Counted from the stretch's first letter, positions 17,849-27,837 are shown. The stretch: DNA of 64,000 nt from an uncultured Clostridia bacterium (GCA_963559365.1 CAUWKC010000002.1:19023-83022); one strand, 5' to 3'. Translations and numbers: made by a program. Notes: generated from the letters alone by a model not told the origin.

Positions 17849-18772
17849 TTATTTTCTTCTATCTACTGCATAACTGCTTCCCATTACAGATTTAGCTGCA
17901 TGTTTTACTTGTGCTCCAATTTCGCCAATTTCTAAAATATTATCAAATCTTCCTACATCTGCAACTACTACTCCTATTGATAAAGAAGTTAATGGAAATT
18001 GTTCAATAATTCCTTTTCTGTTAGCTACTTCAATATATCCTCTTTCTAAATCATCTTCTGTAAAATATTTTACTACATTTTGATCAAAATGAGCTAATAT
18101 TGTTTGGCACAATTTTTCACATGTGTTTCCTGGAATTAAAGCCACAAAATCGTCTCCTCCGATGTGCCCAATAAATGTATTTTCTAATTGGCTTTCATGG
18201 ATACTTTGAATGATTGTTTCTGCTGTAAATTCTATGATTTGATCTCCTTTTAGAAATCCATATACGTCATTATAAGCTTTAAAGTTATCTAAATCTAAAT
18301 ATAATACACAAAAAGCTTCTTTTTTTAGAATTCTCTTTTTTAATTCAGCATGAATTTGTACATTTCCTGGTAATCCTGTTAGCGGACTAATTCTTCTATT
18401 CATAGCTAATAGTCTGTTTAAGTTTTTTACTGTGTGGTATAGATACTGTTCATCTACTGGTTTTTTGATAAAGTATTCTATAGATTCTTGCATTATTTTT
18501 AATCTATGTTCTCTATCTCCTTTTGAAGATACAACAATAACTGGTGTAATTGTGTTGTCTTCGTCTTTTCTAATTTTTCTACATAAATCTACAACATCTC
18601 TATCTATGGCATCTTCATTAATTACAATTAATGATGGAATGTTCTTTAAAGCAATGTCAATTTGTTCAGTTTTTACGCTAGTAAATTTATATTCGGGATC
18701 ATTTTTAAATAATTCTCTAAAAATAACAATTGATGAGTCATCATCATCAATTATATATATATCTTGCATCAT
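17849..18772 (-). CDS. response regulator receiver + GGDEF domain protein (diguanylate cyclase-like, GGDDF variant)
   Basis: 307 aa. The N-terminal REC domain reads IYIIDDD..LIVINEDA. The GGDEF domain reads LTGLPGN.., LYLDLDNFKAYND.YGF.KGD and HIGGDDFVAL. Confidence 0.8.
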   Translation of the reverse strand: MMQDIYIIDDDDSSIVIFRELFKNDPEYKFTSVKTEQIDIALKNIPSLIVINEDAIDRDVVDLCRKIRKDEDNTITPVIVVSSKGDREHRLKIMQESIEYFIKKPVDEQYLYHTVKNLNRLLAMNRRISPLTGLPGNVQIHAELKKRILKKEAFCVLYLDLDNFKAYNDVYGFLKGDQIIEFTAETIIQSIHESQLENTFIGHIGGDDFVALIPGNTCEKLCQTILAHFDQNVVKYFTEDDLERGYIEVANRKGIIEQFPLTSLSIGVVVADVGRFDNILEIGEIGAQVKHAAKSVMGSSYAVDRRK

Positions 18773-19566
18773 TTTAAATTCCTCCCTTTGCTTTTTTTCT
18801 TTGATTCGATTTTTTGATTTAGTATTTCTGTGATTTCCTTTGTGTTAATAGCTGGAAATGCTTTTTTTAATCGATATACATTTTTATATAAATGCAAAAT
18901 TGTTTTGTTTCTTTTCTTTTTTAGTTTTTCTACTAGCTGTTGTATTCCTTCTGCTGAAACTGTTTTTTCTTCTTTTTCTTTTTTCAATACTTTTATTTCT
19001 TTTAACTTTTCTTTTATTTCTTTGTTTATGTTTTCTATTTTTTCTAAAGTGGTTTTGATGTTTTTTACTTTTATTACACTTGTTATTGTGTCTACTAAAA
19101 ATATGATAAACAATATTGCTACTATATATTGCAATAATGTTTTGTCTATTTTTCCTATAATGTTTTCTATAAAAGGATGTATATGTTTTACAAATACAAC
19201 TCCTAAGACTCCCCAATAAATTGAGTTTGTTAAACATATGCGTCCTTGAAAATGAAATTTGTGGTCTGAATAATCCCAATATTTAGTGTGAAATACTTTT
19301 TCTAAAAGTACACCTACAATGTATTCCCAAGTAGTTAAAACAATTATTGATATTATTCCTAATAAAATTGGATTGTTTTCAAATCTTTTTAGGAATAGGA
19401 ACATTATTATGGCTCCTATTCCATAAATAGGACAAAATGGTCCTCGTAAGAATCCAGTATTTATTATTTTTTTTTCAGCAATGGAACGAAAAATAGATTC
19501 CATTATCCACCCTAAAAAAGAATAGATGACAAAGTAAGTTATTAACTCTGATAGATTTATATTCAT
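18769..19566 (-). CDS. polytopic membrane protein (putative ABC-transporter type IV / CmpB-like family) with a C-terminal K/E-rich tail
   Basis: 265 aa. The N-terminus YFVIYSFLGWIMESIFRS...NTGFLRGPFCPIYGIG matches the PF06541-type family as I recall it. Confidence 0.5.
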   Translation of the reverse strand: MNINLSELITYFVIYSFLGWIMESIFRSIAEKKIINTGFLRGPFCPIYGIGAIIMFLFLKRFENNPILLGIISIIVLTTWEYIVGVLLEKVFHTKYWDYSDHKFHFQGRICLTNSIYWGVLGVVFVKHIHPFIENIIGKIDKTLLQYIVAILFIIFLVDTITSVIKVKNIKTTLEKIENINKEIKEKLKEIKVLKKEKEEKTVSAEGIQQLVEKLKKKRNKTILHLYKNVYRLKKAFPAINTKEITEILNQKIESKKKSKGRNLK

Positions 19567-19575
19567 TTTTTCCCC

Positions 19576-20517
19576 TTATTTATTTACTTTTGCCTTTACG
19601 GTTTCTGATACATCACTTTCGTTGTATACAGTTACTTGAATTAAGTTTTCTCCATCTTCTAATGGATAGGCATATTCGAATTCTTTTCTTTCTTCTAAAG
19701 ATAATGCTTTTTCTAAGTCTAAATTGTAATTTTTTTCTTCATTGATAGTAAATTCAACTCTTTTTAATCCTTGTTCATCAGATGCTTTTATGATGAAATT
19801 ACTAGAACCGTCTGTTGTGATTTCTAATTTTGGTTTTGTTACTCCATTTACTTCTTGCTCTTCTGTTTGTGTTTTATTGTTTTCGTCTACTACAATTACG
19901 GTTAATTTGTGTAGTCCTTTTGGTATTTCTATTATTTGTTCTGTTTGGCTACTATTAATATCGATTTGGGTTTCATCTTCTTCATCCCATCTATATGTCA
20001 TGTATAGTAACTGATTTTTTCCATTTGCTGTTATTTTTAAATTATTTCCTTCTGGTTCAATATTTATGTTTATGTCTCCTTCTACGGAATATGTTTTCTT
20101 GTATTCTATTTCTTGCCCATTTGTGTCATTAGCATAAATTGTTAATTCATTGTCTCCTGTTGGTATTTCGATTGTTGTTTCTACTTCTTTTTTGCCTTCA
20201 GTTGCTATTTCATTTGTTGCTTCATTGTTCCAATGATAATTGATTCTATTTAATGGTTTATTGTGTGTAATTTTTACTAATAATTCTGTTTCATTTTTTT
20301 GTTCTACATATATAACTGGTTTTACGTTTTCTTCTTTTTTGTTTGCTTCTTTATACATAGAGTATGAACCTGTTCCAATCATAAAAATTCCAAATATTAG
20401 TATTGCTATAGAGAAGAATTTTATAATGCTTGTTATTTCGATTGGTCCATTATTTTTTGTTTTATTTTTTTTCGTTTTTTCTTTTTTATTATTATCTATA
20501 CTTAGGATTTGATTCAA
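19576..20517 (-). CDS. hypothetical membrane-anchored extracellular protein
   Basis: 313 aa with a single N-terminal TM helix. This is followed by beta-rich repeated segments (..ELTIYANDTNGQE.., ..KLTVIVVDENNKT.., ..LIQVTVYNESD..). Confidence 0.45.
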   Translation of the reverse strand: MNQILSIDNNKKEKTKKNKTKNNGPIEITSIIKFFSIAILIFGIFMIGTGSYSMYKEANKKEENVKPVIYVEQKNETELLVKITHNKPLNRINYHWNNEATNEIATEGKKEVETTIEIPTGDNELTIYANDTNGQEIEYKKTYSVEGDININIEPEGNNLKITANGKNQLLYMTYRWDEEDETQIDINSSQTEQIIEIPKGLHKLTVIVVDENNKTQTEEQEVNGVTKPKLEITTDGSSNFIIKASDEQGLKRVEFTINEEKNYNLDLEKALSLEERKEFEYAYPLEDGENLIQVTVYNESDVSETVKAKVNK

Positions 20518-20616
20518 TTTCTTTCACCTCTTTTCAAATTATATCATAAGGTTTTCAGCTTGTAAATACAATTCTATTTTAAGTTTCGGTTTTTTGAATT
20601 TATCTGTAATAACTTA

Positions 20617-20642
20617 AAAACCGTTGATATTCCAACGGTTTT
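20617..20642 (-). terminator. intrinsic terminator after rpsR
   Basis: aaaaccgttg / caacggtttt form a 10-bp stem with a 6-nt loop, flanked by T-runs. Confidence 0.7.
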
Positions 20643-20659
20643 TGTTTTTTATGATTAAA

Positions 20660-20938
20660 TTAGTTTTGTGCATATGGTAAAATTGCAATATGTCTTGCTC
20701 TTTTTACTGCTGTTGTGATATCTCTTTGGTGTTTACTACAAGCACCTGTTGTTCTTCTTGGTAAGATTTTTCCTTTATCATTGATGAATTTTCTTAATTG
20801 TTCTGGATTTTTATAATCTAATTCGAAGTTTTTATCACTACATAATACGCAAACTTTTTTTCTTTGTTTTCTGAATCTTGGATTGTAATCCTCATCATAG
20901 TTTTTGTTGTTTCTTTTATTTTGTTTTTTGTCTGCCAT
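20660..20938 (-). CDS. rpsR: 30S ribosomal protein S18
   Basis: 92 aa. The C-terminal sequence [40 protein letters not shown] is the S18 signature. Confidence 0.95.
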   Translation of the reverse strand: MADKKQNKRNNKNYDEDYNPRFRKQRKKVCVLCSDKNFELDYKNPEQLRKFINDKGKILPRRTTGACSKHQRDITTAVKRARHIAILPYAQN

Positions 20939-20962
20939 TTTATTTTCTCCCTTCTTTGCTAA

Positions 20963-21388
20963 TTAGAATGGTAGGTCATCACTGGAAGATACTTCAAAGT
21001 CTGTTCCCATGTTTCCTGGTGCTGTATTTCCGAATGTGTTTTCAAATGTGTTGTTTACTTCTCCTTCTCTTTTACTATCTGCAAAGTATGCTTCTTCTGC
21101 TACTACTTCTGTTACATATCTTTTATTTCCTTGCTCGTCTTCCCATGTTCTGGTTTGTATTCTTCCTATTATTCCTACTTGTTGACCTTTCTTAAAGTAT
21201 TTGCTACAAAATTCCCCTAATTTGCTCCATGCTACAATATTTATGAAGTCGGCTTGTCTTTCTTCTCCTTGTCTTACAAATCTTCTGTTGACTGCTAAAC
21301 TGAAAGAAGATACTAGGGTATTGTTGGTTTGTGTGTATCTTGTTTCAGGGTCTCTTGTTAATCTTCCCATTAATATTACTTTGTTCAT
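20963..21388 (-). CDS. ssb: single-stranded DNA-binding protein
   Basis: 141 aa. It starts MNKVILMGRLTRDPE, has an OB fold, and ends with the acidic tail DDLPF. Confidence 0.95.
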   Translation of the reverse strand: MNKVILMGRLTRDPETRYTQTNNTLVSSFSLAVNRRFVRQGEERQADFINIVAWSKLGEFCSKYFKKGQQVGIIGRIQTRTWEDEQGNKRYVTEVVAEEAYFADSKREGEVNNTFENTFGNTAPGNMGTDFEVSSSDDLPF

Positions 21389-21445
21389 TTTTTATCACCT
21401 TTCTTTACTTTATAATAAAGGCCCCTTCTTTATTTTTTTGTTTTC

Positions 21446-21733
21446 TTATTTTTTTACCACGATAAATTTCATGATATCATCTGTTATTCTATAAACTCTT
21501 TCAAGTTCTTTGATAGAATCTGGTTTTGCTTCAAAGTTGAATAAAAGGTATGTTCCTTCATTCATTTTTTTGATGTCATATGCTAATTTCTTTTTCCCCA
21601 TGTTTTCTACAGATTCTACTTTTCCGTTTTCATTGATTAATCCTGTGAATTTTTCTTCTAAGGCTTTTAAACCTGCTTCGTCTAAATTAGGATTAACAAT
21701 GATAATACTTTCGTATTTGTTCATTATTTTCAC
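21446..21733 (-). CDS. rpsF: 30S ribosomal protein S6
   Basis: 95 aa containing KYESIIIVNPNLDE..., in the rpsF-ssb-rpsR order typical of Firmicutes. Confidence 0.9.
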   Translation of the reverse strand: MKIMNKYESIIIVNPNLDEAGLKALEEKFTGLINENGKVESVENMGKKKLAYDIKKMNEGTYLLFNFEAKPDSIKELERVYRITDDIMKFIVVKK

Positions 21734-21780
21734 CTCCCTTTGGATTTTTAACCTACATTTTCTGTAAGTAGAGCAGAATT

Positions 21781-21809
21781 ATTCTACCATATTTTTTTTG
21801 TTTTTGCAA
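21781..21809 (-). promoter_or_regulatory. candidate promoter of the rpsF-ssb-rpsR operon (TTGCAA-17-TAGAAT with TG extension)
   Basis: On the minus strand, TTGCAA lies at 21804-21809 and TAGAAT at 21781-21786 with a 17-nt spacer. TGG immediately precedes the -10 hexamer. Confidence 0.5.
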
Positions 21810-21828
21810 GTATTTCCTGTTTATTTTC

Positions 21829-22404
21829 TTATCCTTTTTGTTCAATATACTTTAGTAATAATAGTTGATCATTCATTTTTATTTCTCCGTCAGAATTTAT
21901 ATCTCCTCTTTCAAATTGCTCTCCTTCTAATGTAATTATTTCAGTTGTATGATTTGTTAATAATTCCAGATCTTTATTATCAATTACACCATCATAATTT
22001 ATATCACCTTTTCCATATGGTTCGATTATTATTTTTTCGCTATATAGTTCTGAAAATAAAATTTCATAATTATTTTTATTTGTTGTAAAACTGTGTTCTT
22101 TAATTTCTCCTATATATTCTTTATTATCTAAATTGGTTAAAATCTCTTGTATTATTTTATCATTTAAATCAGATTTTTGATTATTTATTATTCTATCTGA
22201 TTGCCATGCTAAAATATCCATTTGTGCTCTTTCTTTTGCTTCTGCTATTTCTGTTTCTTTTTTTGCTTGACTTGCTTGTGTTAATATTCCATTTTCTCCT
22301 GTTAGCATTGCTATTGTTAATCCTGCTAAAATTAGTAAAACAATTATTGTGATAACTAAAGCTATTAAAGTAATACCTATATCGTTTTTAAATATTTTTC
22401 TCAT
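21829..22404 (-). CDS. pilin-like N-terminal anchor protein with a C-terminal dockerin-type repeat pair
   Basis: 191 aa. The N-terminus is MRKIFKNDIGITLIALVITIIVLLILAGLTIAMLTGENGILTQA. The C-terminus carries two Ca-binding dockerin-like repeats, GDINYDGVIDNKDLELL and GDINSDGEIKMNDQLLLLKYI. Confidence 0.6.
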   Translation of the reverse strand: MRKIFKNDIGITLIALVITIIVLLILAGLTIAMLTGENGILTQASQAKKETEIAEAKERAQMDILAWQSDRIINNQKSDLNDKIIQEILTNLDNKEYIGEIKEHSFTTNKNNYEILFSELYSEKIIIEPYGKGDINYDGVIDNKDLELLTNHTTEIITLEGEQFERGDINSDGEIKMNDQLLLLKYIEQKG

Positions 22405-22621
22405 TCTATTTCCTTCTTTCTTTTTTTATTTTTATAACGTTATAATTTTGTATTTATTTTATAAATAATTAAATAATAAGTGAATAGTTTATTTGTTTTT
22501 TATTGATTACTTTTTTACATAATCCCTCATGTCCCGACAGTTTTTTACAAATAAGTATATCAATATAAAAAAAGTAAAAAATTCAAACATAATGTTTTAA
22601 CTTTTTACTTTTTAATTAGTT

Positions 22622-24682
22622 TTAAAATATTACATTATTCCCAAATCTTTCCCTTAATTTATTTTGAGCATCTTTTGTTAAATTTACATTTCCACTTAAA
22701 TGTATTTTAGTACTTCTATCTAATTCTAATAATGATGTCGCATTTGTTATCGCATTATTTCTTAAATAAATTGTTAAATTTGTATTGTTTTTTAATTCTT
22801 TCAAGTTTACTAAATCTTCATCCCATAATGTATTATTGTCTAAATTAAGTTCTGTTAAATTTGTTAGTTGTGAAAAGTCTATCATCCTTCCATGTAAATT
22901 GTTTTTTTCTAAATTTAAATTACTTAAATTCTTTAGTTTTGAAACTTCATTAAAATTTGATATATTAGTATTATCCGATAAATTAAGTTTAGTTAAATTT
23001 ACAAACTTTGATAAATCTGGTATCTGTGTTAAATCACTCGTTAGTAAATTTAATGTTTTTATCTTGTTTACATCACAATTTACTATTGTTTTTAAGCTAT
23101 CAGTTGAAATTTTCAATCTATCAAGATTTGAAATTATATCCTCTATTTCCAATAAATTAATATTATTTTCCTTTCCATTTATATATAAACTTTTTAAATT
23201 TTTTAGTTCATTTATCGCTGTTATATTTTTTATTCTGTTATTGCTTATATCTAATGAACTTAAATTGGTCATGCTTTTTAATATTTTTTGAGATATGCTA
23301 TCCTCTAATGTTATTTGATTTTGTGCTATTGATAAATATGTTAATTTTGTCAATCCTTCTAATGGTTCTAGTGTTGTTAAATTTTGTTTATTTAAATCTA
23401 ATTTTTTATAATTTGTAAATAATCCTAATTTATCTACATCTATATTAATTGTTCCTCCCCTATCTAATATTTTTCCTATCTTATTTAATGCTTCTAATTT
23501 TTCACCTGTATAGTTTGCTCTATTTCCATCTATTTCTGAATTTCCTTTTAAATCCAATGTTGTCAATGAGATATTTGCACTTAATGGAGTTATATCTGTT
23601 ATCTGATTATTTCTTAAATCTAAGTATACTAAATTAGATAAACTATCCATATTTTCTATTTTAGATATCTTATTACCATTTAATAATAACTGCGTTAAAT
23701 TAAATTTGTTATCTAATCCTTCTATTTTGGTAATTTTATCTTCAGATAACCTTAGTGATTTTAAATTTTCTAATTCTGATATTCTTTTCATATTCTCACC
23801 AATATTATTACTTCCCAAATAAAACGAATTAAGTCTTGGACAAAATTTTAATCCATCAATTATCTGTTCAAAATCATTTCCTCCTACTCTATTAAATACT
23901 TCTAAATTATACAAGTTACTTAATGCACAATAATCTTTATCTGGACCAAAATTTATTATCAACTCTTTTAATTTAGTACAATTTTCTATTCCCTCCATTT
24001 TTGTTACTTTTGGGCTATCATTAGCATTTGTACCTAATTGTAATCTTGTTAAATTTGGAAAAAACACTAAATCTTGTAAACTATCTACATTTGGATCTGT
24101 TATTGTTAAACTAGTTAGCTCTTTCATCCATTTGAATTTCATGTTTTCGCCTGATACTCCTGCTATTGTTGATACATATTCACTAAATGCTTTACTTGAA
24201 AATCTTATATCTGTTTCATCTTCTAATATTTTCTCTTCTATATCATCTCCATATTCTTTTCCATTATCTGTTATATATTTTACATTTAATTTATCATCTA
24301 TTAAAAATATATCTTTTAGACTTGTTGCATTTCCTTTTCCTAGTCCTTGCATTCCTTCATATGCTTTTTCTTTTAATGCATAATTCATATAGTATTTTCC
24401 GTCTTCTCCTTGTTGTACTGTTCTTACTACTTTTCCTTCTGCTAATAATATTTCTGGTGTTACTTTTTCTTTGCTTATTACTTTTTCTCCTTGTTCTAAT
24501 TTTAATCCCTCTTTGACTGCTCCTATTGCTGTTTTTATCTTTGCTTCACTCGCTTGAGTTAATATTCCATTTTCTCCCATTAACATCGCTATTGTTACTC
24601 CTGAAAGTATTAATAATACTATTATTATAATAACTAAAGCTACTAAAGTAATACCTTGTTCATTTTTCACTGTTTTTTTCAT
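22622..24682 (-). CDS. pilin-like N-terminal anchor protein with leucine-rich repeats (internalin-like)
   Basis: 686 aa. The N-terminus is MKKTVKNEQGITLVALVIIIIVLLILSGVTIAMLMGENGILTQA. More than 15 LRR units of about 22 aa follow (LxxLxxLxLxxNxIxxI). Confidence 0.7.
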   Translation of the reverse strand: MKKTVKNEQGITLVALVIIIIVLLILSGVTIAMLMGENGILTQASEAKIKTAIGAVKEGLKLEQGEKVISKEKVTPEILLAEGKVVRTVQQGEDGKYYMNYALKEKAYEGMQGLGKGNATSLKDIFLIDDKLNVKYITDNGKEYGDDIEEKILEDETDIRFSSKAFSEYVSTIAGVSGENMKFKWMKELTSLTITDPNVDSLQDLVFFPNLTRLQLGTNANDSPKVTKMEGIENCTKLKELIINFGPDKDYCALSNLYNLEVFNRVGGNDFEQIIDGLKFCPRLNSFYLGSNNIGENMKRISELENLKSLRLSEDKITKIEGLDNKFNLTQLLLNGNKISKIENMDSLSNLVYLDLRNNQITDITPLSANISLTTLDLKGNSEIDGNRANYTGEKLEALNKIGKILDRGGTINIDVDKLGLFTNYKKLDLNKQNLTTLEPLEGLTKLTYLSIAQNQITLEDSISQKILKSMTNLSSLDISNNRIKNITAINELKNLKSLYINGKENNINLLEIEDIISNLDRLKISTDSLKTIVNCDVNKIKTLNLLTSDLTQIPDLSKFVNLTKLNLSDNTNISNFNEVSKLKNLSNLNLEKNNLHGRMIDFSQLTNLTELNLDNNTLWDEDLVNLKELKNNTNLTIYLRNNAITNATSLLELDRSTKIHLSGNVNLTKDAQNKLRERFGNNVIF

Positions 24683-24736
24683 AAAAATTTTCCTTTCTTT
24701 TGTATATTATTCTCTTTTTAATTATTAAATATGTAT

Positions 24737-24809
24737 GACATTTTTGTCGTATCTAAAATTATTTTATCTATTTTTATTATCAAAGTCAAGGTTTGATGAC
24801 AAAAATGTC
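24737..24809. promoter_or_regulatory. pair of 16-nt inverted sites (ATGACATTTTTGTCGT / ATGACAAAAATGTCGT) in the divergent LRR-XRE intergenic region; candidate operators
   Basis: GACATTTTTGTC at 24737-24748 is repeated as its exact reverse complement at 24798-24809. The sites lie just upstream of the small XRE regulator gene and of a TATAAT at 24834-24839. Confidence 0.45.
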
Positions 24810-24866
24810 GTTCTTTTTCAACCTATACTGTAATATAATAAAAAAAGTTAAAAAGGAGGTTAGAAA

Positions 24867-25055
24867 ATGATTAAACAATATCGCTTAGCAAAAAATCTAT
24901 CTCAAGAAGAGTTAGCTGAAGAAATTGGCATTAGTTGGCGACAATTGCAAAGACTTGAACATAGTGAAGAAAACACAAGAATTTCTACCTTCAAAAAAAT
25001 AGTAAAAGCTTTAAATATCCCCGATGATGAAATCATTAAATTTATAAAAAACTAG
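24867..25055 (+). CDS. XRE-family helix-turn-helix transcriptional regulator
   Basis: 62 aa. IKQYRLAKNLSQEELAEEIGISWRQLQRLE is a typical HTH_3 sequence. A strong SD (aaaggagg) precedes the start. Confidence 0.8.
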   Translation: MIKQYRLAKNLSQEELAEEIGISWRQLQRLEHSEENTRISTFKKIVKALNIPDDEIIKFIKN

Positions 25056-25093
25056 ATATATATAAGGACACTTTTTAATTCAAGTGTCCTCTT

Positions 25094-27739
25094 TTATATG
25101 TTTTTTCGACATAATTCGTCCTTATTCATGACACATTTTAGAACCGTCCCTCTTGTCTCATTTCTTTTCTTTTGGAATTCTATGATTGGAATTGGTAGTA
25201 TAGATATTATGATTGTTATAATCCATTGTGTTTGATTTAGTGGTGCTAGTTTGAATATTTCTGCTAAGGTTGGTGTTAGTACAACTGCTACTTGTATGAT
25301 TGTTCCTATTATGAAGCTTCCTATTAGGTATTTGTTTTCTAATATTTTTGTTTTAAATATGGATTTTTCACTTTTTATGTTGAAACTGTGGATAAGTTCT
25401 AGTAATCCCATTGAAATAAATGCCATTGTTCTTCCGATTTCTAATCCATAGTATTTGTTTCCTATGTTGAAGGCTAATAGTGTTAACATGCCTATCATTA
25501 TTCCTTCTAAAATTATTTTGTTCCATAGTCCGTCTGCAAAGATTCCTTTTTTCTTGCTTATTGGCTTTCGTTTCATTATGTCTTTTTCTGCTGGTTCTAA
25601 TCCAAGTGCAATGGCTGGTAAGGAATCTGTTACTAAGTTTATCCATAGTAGTTGAATTGCTAATAATGGTGTTTTTAGTCCTAATAATAATCCTATTAGT
25701 ATGGTTACGATTTCTCCAATATTTGTGGATATTAAGAAGTGTATTCCTTTTCTTATATTATCATAAATGTTTCTTCCTTGTTTTACTGCTTCGACTATTG
25801 TTACAAAATTGTCATCTGCTAGAACCATGTCTGCTGCATTTTTTGCTACATCTGTTCCGTTTTTTCCCATAGCAATTCCTATGTCTGCATTTTTTAGTGC
25901 TGGACTGTCGTTTACTCCATCTCCTGTCATTGCTACTACTGCTCCTGTTTTTTGCCATGCTTTAACAATTCTTACTTTGTGTTCTGGTGTTACTCGTGCA
26001 AATACTGAATATTCTTGTATTCTTTTTTCTAATTCTTTTTGGCTTATTTGGTCTAATTCTTGTCCTGTCATGGATTTGTCTTTATTTCCTAAAATGTTTA
26101 ACTGTTTTGCTATTGCTGTAGCAGTAGTAATATGGTCTCCTGTTATCATAACTGTTTTGATTCCAGCTTTTTTACAAGTTTTTACCGCTTCTTTTACTCC
26201 TTCTCTTGGCGGATCTATCATCCCTATTAAACCAACAAATGTTAAATTGTTTTCTATTGTATTACTTTCTATTTTTTGTGGTAATAAATCTAAATCTTTG
26301 TATGCAATTGCTATTACTCTTAATGCTTTTTGTGCCATCATTTCATTTTCTCTTTTGATATTTACTTTTTGTATTACATTTGTTTGACCTGAATTGCACT
26401 TTATTTGTTTTTGACATCTATTTAATATGACCTCTGGTGCTCCTTTAGTTATAACACGATAGTGATTTCCTATTTTATGTATTGTTGTCATCATTTTTCG
26501 TTCTGAATCAAAAGGTATTTCATTGATTCTTTGCATTTTACTACATAATTCATTTTTATTAATTCCTTTTTCTATTCCTTCATTTACGAGTGCAACTTCA
26601 GTTGGATCTCCTTTTGCTACTATTTTTCCATTTTCTTGTATTACATCACAGTTATTACACATACTACTTAATTCTATTGCTAAATTATTATTTTCACTAA
26701 TAATTTCTACTACTTTCATTTTATTTTGTGTTAGAGTTCCTGTTTTGTCTGAACAAATAACAGAACTATTTCCTAATGTTTCTACAGCTGGTAATTTTCT
26801 AATAATGCTATTCTTTTTTGCCATTTTAGTAACTCCAATTGATAACATTATAGTTACCATAGCTGGTAATCCTTCTGGAATTGCTGCTACCGCTAATCCA
26901 ACAGATGTCATAAACATTTCAATTGGTGCTACTTTTTTGATAATTCCTATTACAAAAATTAAAAAACATATAATAAGACACACTATTCCTAATATTTTTC
27001 CTACTTGTTCTAATTTTTTTTGAATTGGTGTTTCTGGTGCTTCTTCTTTCATCATCATATGAGCAATTTTACCCACCATTGTTTCCATTCCTGTTTCTGT
27101 AACAACTGCTTTCCCATTTCCATTTACTATAATACTTGACATATAAGCCATGTTATTTCTGTCACCTACTGGTATTTTTTCTTTGCAAATTTTATCAGCA
27201 TCTTTTTTAACTGGCTCTGTTTCTCCTGTTAAACTAGATTCTTCTATTTTCAAATTAAAACTTTCTAAAATTCTACTATCTGCTGGTACATAGTTTCCTG
27301 CTTCTAATATAATAATATCTCCTGGTACCAAGTCTTCTGCTTTTATTTCCTGATTTTTTCCCTCTCTTATTACTTTTGCTTTTGGTGGTGTCATTTCTTG
27401 TAATGCTTCAATAGATTTTTCTGCTTTTGCTTCTTGTATTACTCCCATGAAAGCATTTAAAACTACAATACCTATAATTATAATAGAATCAATGTAATCA
27501 TTTTCTCCTTGTAAGTTTGATATAATTGCTGAAATAATAGCTGCTATTATTAAAATAATAATCATAAAATCATTAAATTGTTTGATAAACTTGATTCCTA
27601 TACTCTCTTTTGGCTTGTCCTTTAGTTTATTTTTCCCATATTTTTGTTGCCTCCTTGCAACTTCTTCTTTTCCTAATCCTGTTTTTTTGTCTGTTCCTAA
27701 TTGTTTTATTACTTGTTCTTTTCTTAATGTTTCCCACAT
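25094..27739 (-). CDS. P-type Ca2+-transporting ATPase (P2A/YloB-like)
   Basis: 881 aa with motifs TGE, CSDKTGTLTQN, MITGDH and TGDGVNDSPALK, and about 10 TM helices. Confidence 0.9.
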   Translation of the reverse strand: MWETLRKEQVIKQLGTDKKTGLGKEEVARRQQKYGKNKLKDKPKESIGIKFIKQFNDFMIIILIIAAIISAIISNLQGENDYIDSIIIIGIVVLNAFMGVIQEAKAEKSIEALQEMTPPKAKVIREGKNQEIKAEDLVPGDIIILEAGNYVPADSRILESFNLKIEESSLTGETEPVKKDADKICKEKIPVGDRNNMAYMSSIIVNGNGKAVVTETGMETMVGKIAHMMMKEEAPETPIQKKLEQVGKILGIVCLIICFLIFVIGIIKKVAPIEMFMTSVGLAVAAIPEGLPAMVTIMLSIGVTKMAKKNSIIRKLPAVETLGNSSVICSDKTGTLTQNKMKVVEIISENNNLAIELSSMCNNCDVIQENGKIVAKGDPTEVALVNEGIEKGINKNELCSKMQRINEIPFDSERKMMTTIHKIGNHYRVITKGAPEVILNRCQKQIKCNSGQTNVIQKVNIKRENEMMAQKALRVIAIAYKDLDLLPQKIESNTIENNLTFVGLIGMIDPPREGVKEAVKTCKKAGIKTVMITGDHITTATAIAKQLNILGNKDKSMTGQELDQISQKELEKRIQEYSVFARVTPEHKVRIVKAWQKTGAVVAMTGDGVNDSPALKNADIGIAMGKNGTDVAKNAADMVLADDNFVTIVEAVKQGRNIYDNIRKGIHFLISTNIGEIVTILIGLLLGLKTPLLAIQLLWINLVTDSLPAIALGLEPAEKDIMKRKPISKKKGIFADGLWNKIILEGIMIGMLTLLAFNIGNKYYGLEIGRTMAFISMGLLELIHSFNIKSEKSIFKTKILENKYLIGSFIIGTIIQVAVVLTPTLAEIFKLAPLNQTQWIITIIISILPIPIIEFQKKRNETRGTVLKCVMNKDELCRKNI

Positions 27740-27837
27740 AATTTTATCTCCTTTGTGTTTTTTTATTTAATTCTATGTGAGTTGTTATTTTTTATGACTA
27801 AATTTAAATTTAGAAAATATATTTCTGTTTAACACAA

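Noticed and set aside
21734-21780. A possible S6:S18-binding autoregulatory leader upstream of rpsF.
   Set aside because: I can draw only a 4-bp stem by eye and cannot verify the conserved motif without a covariance-model search.
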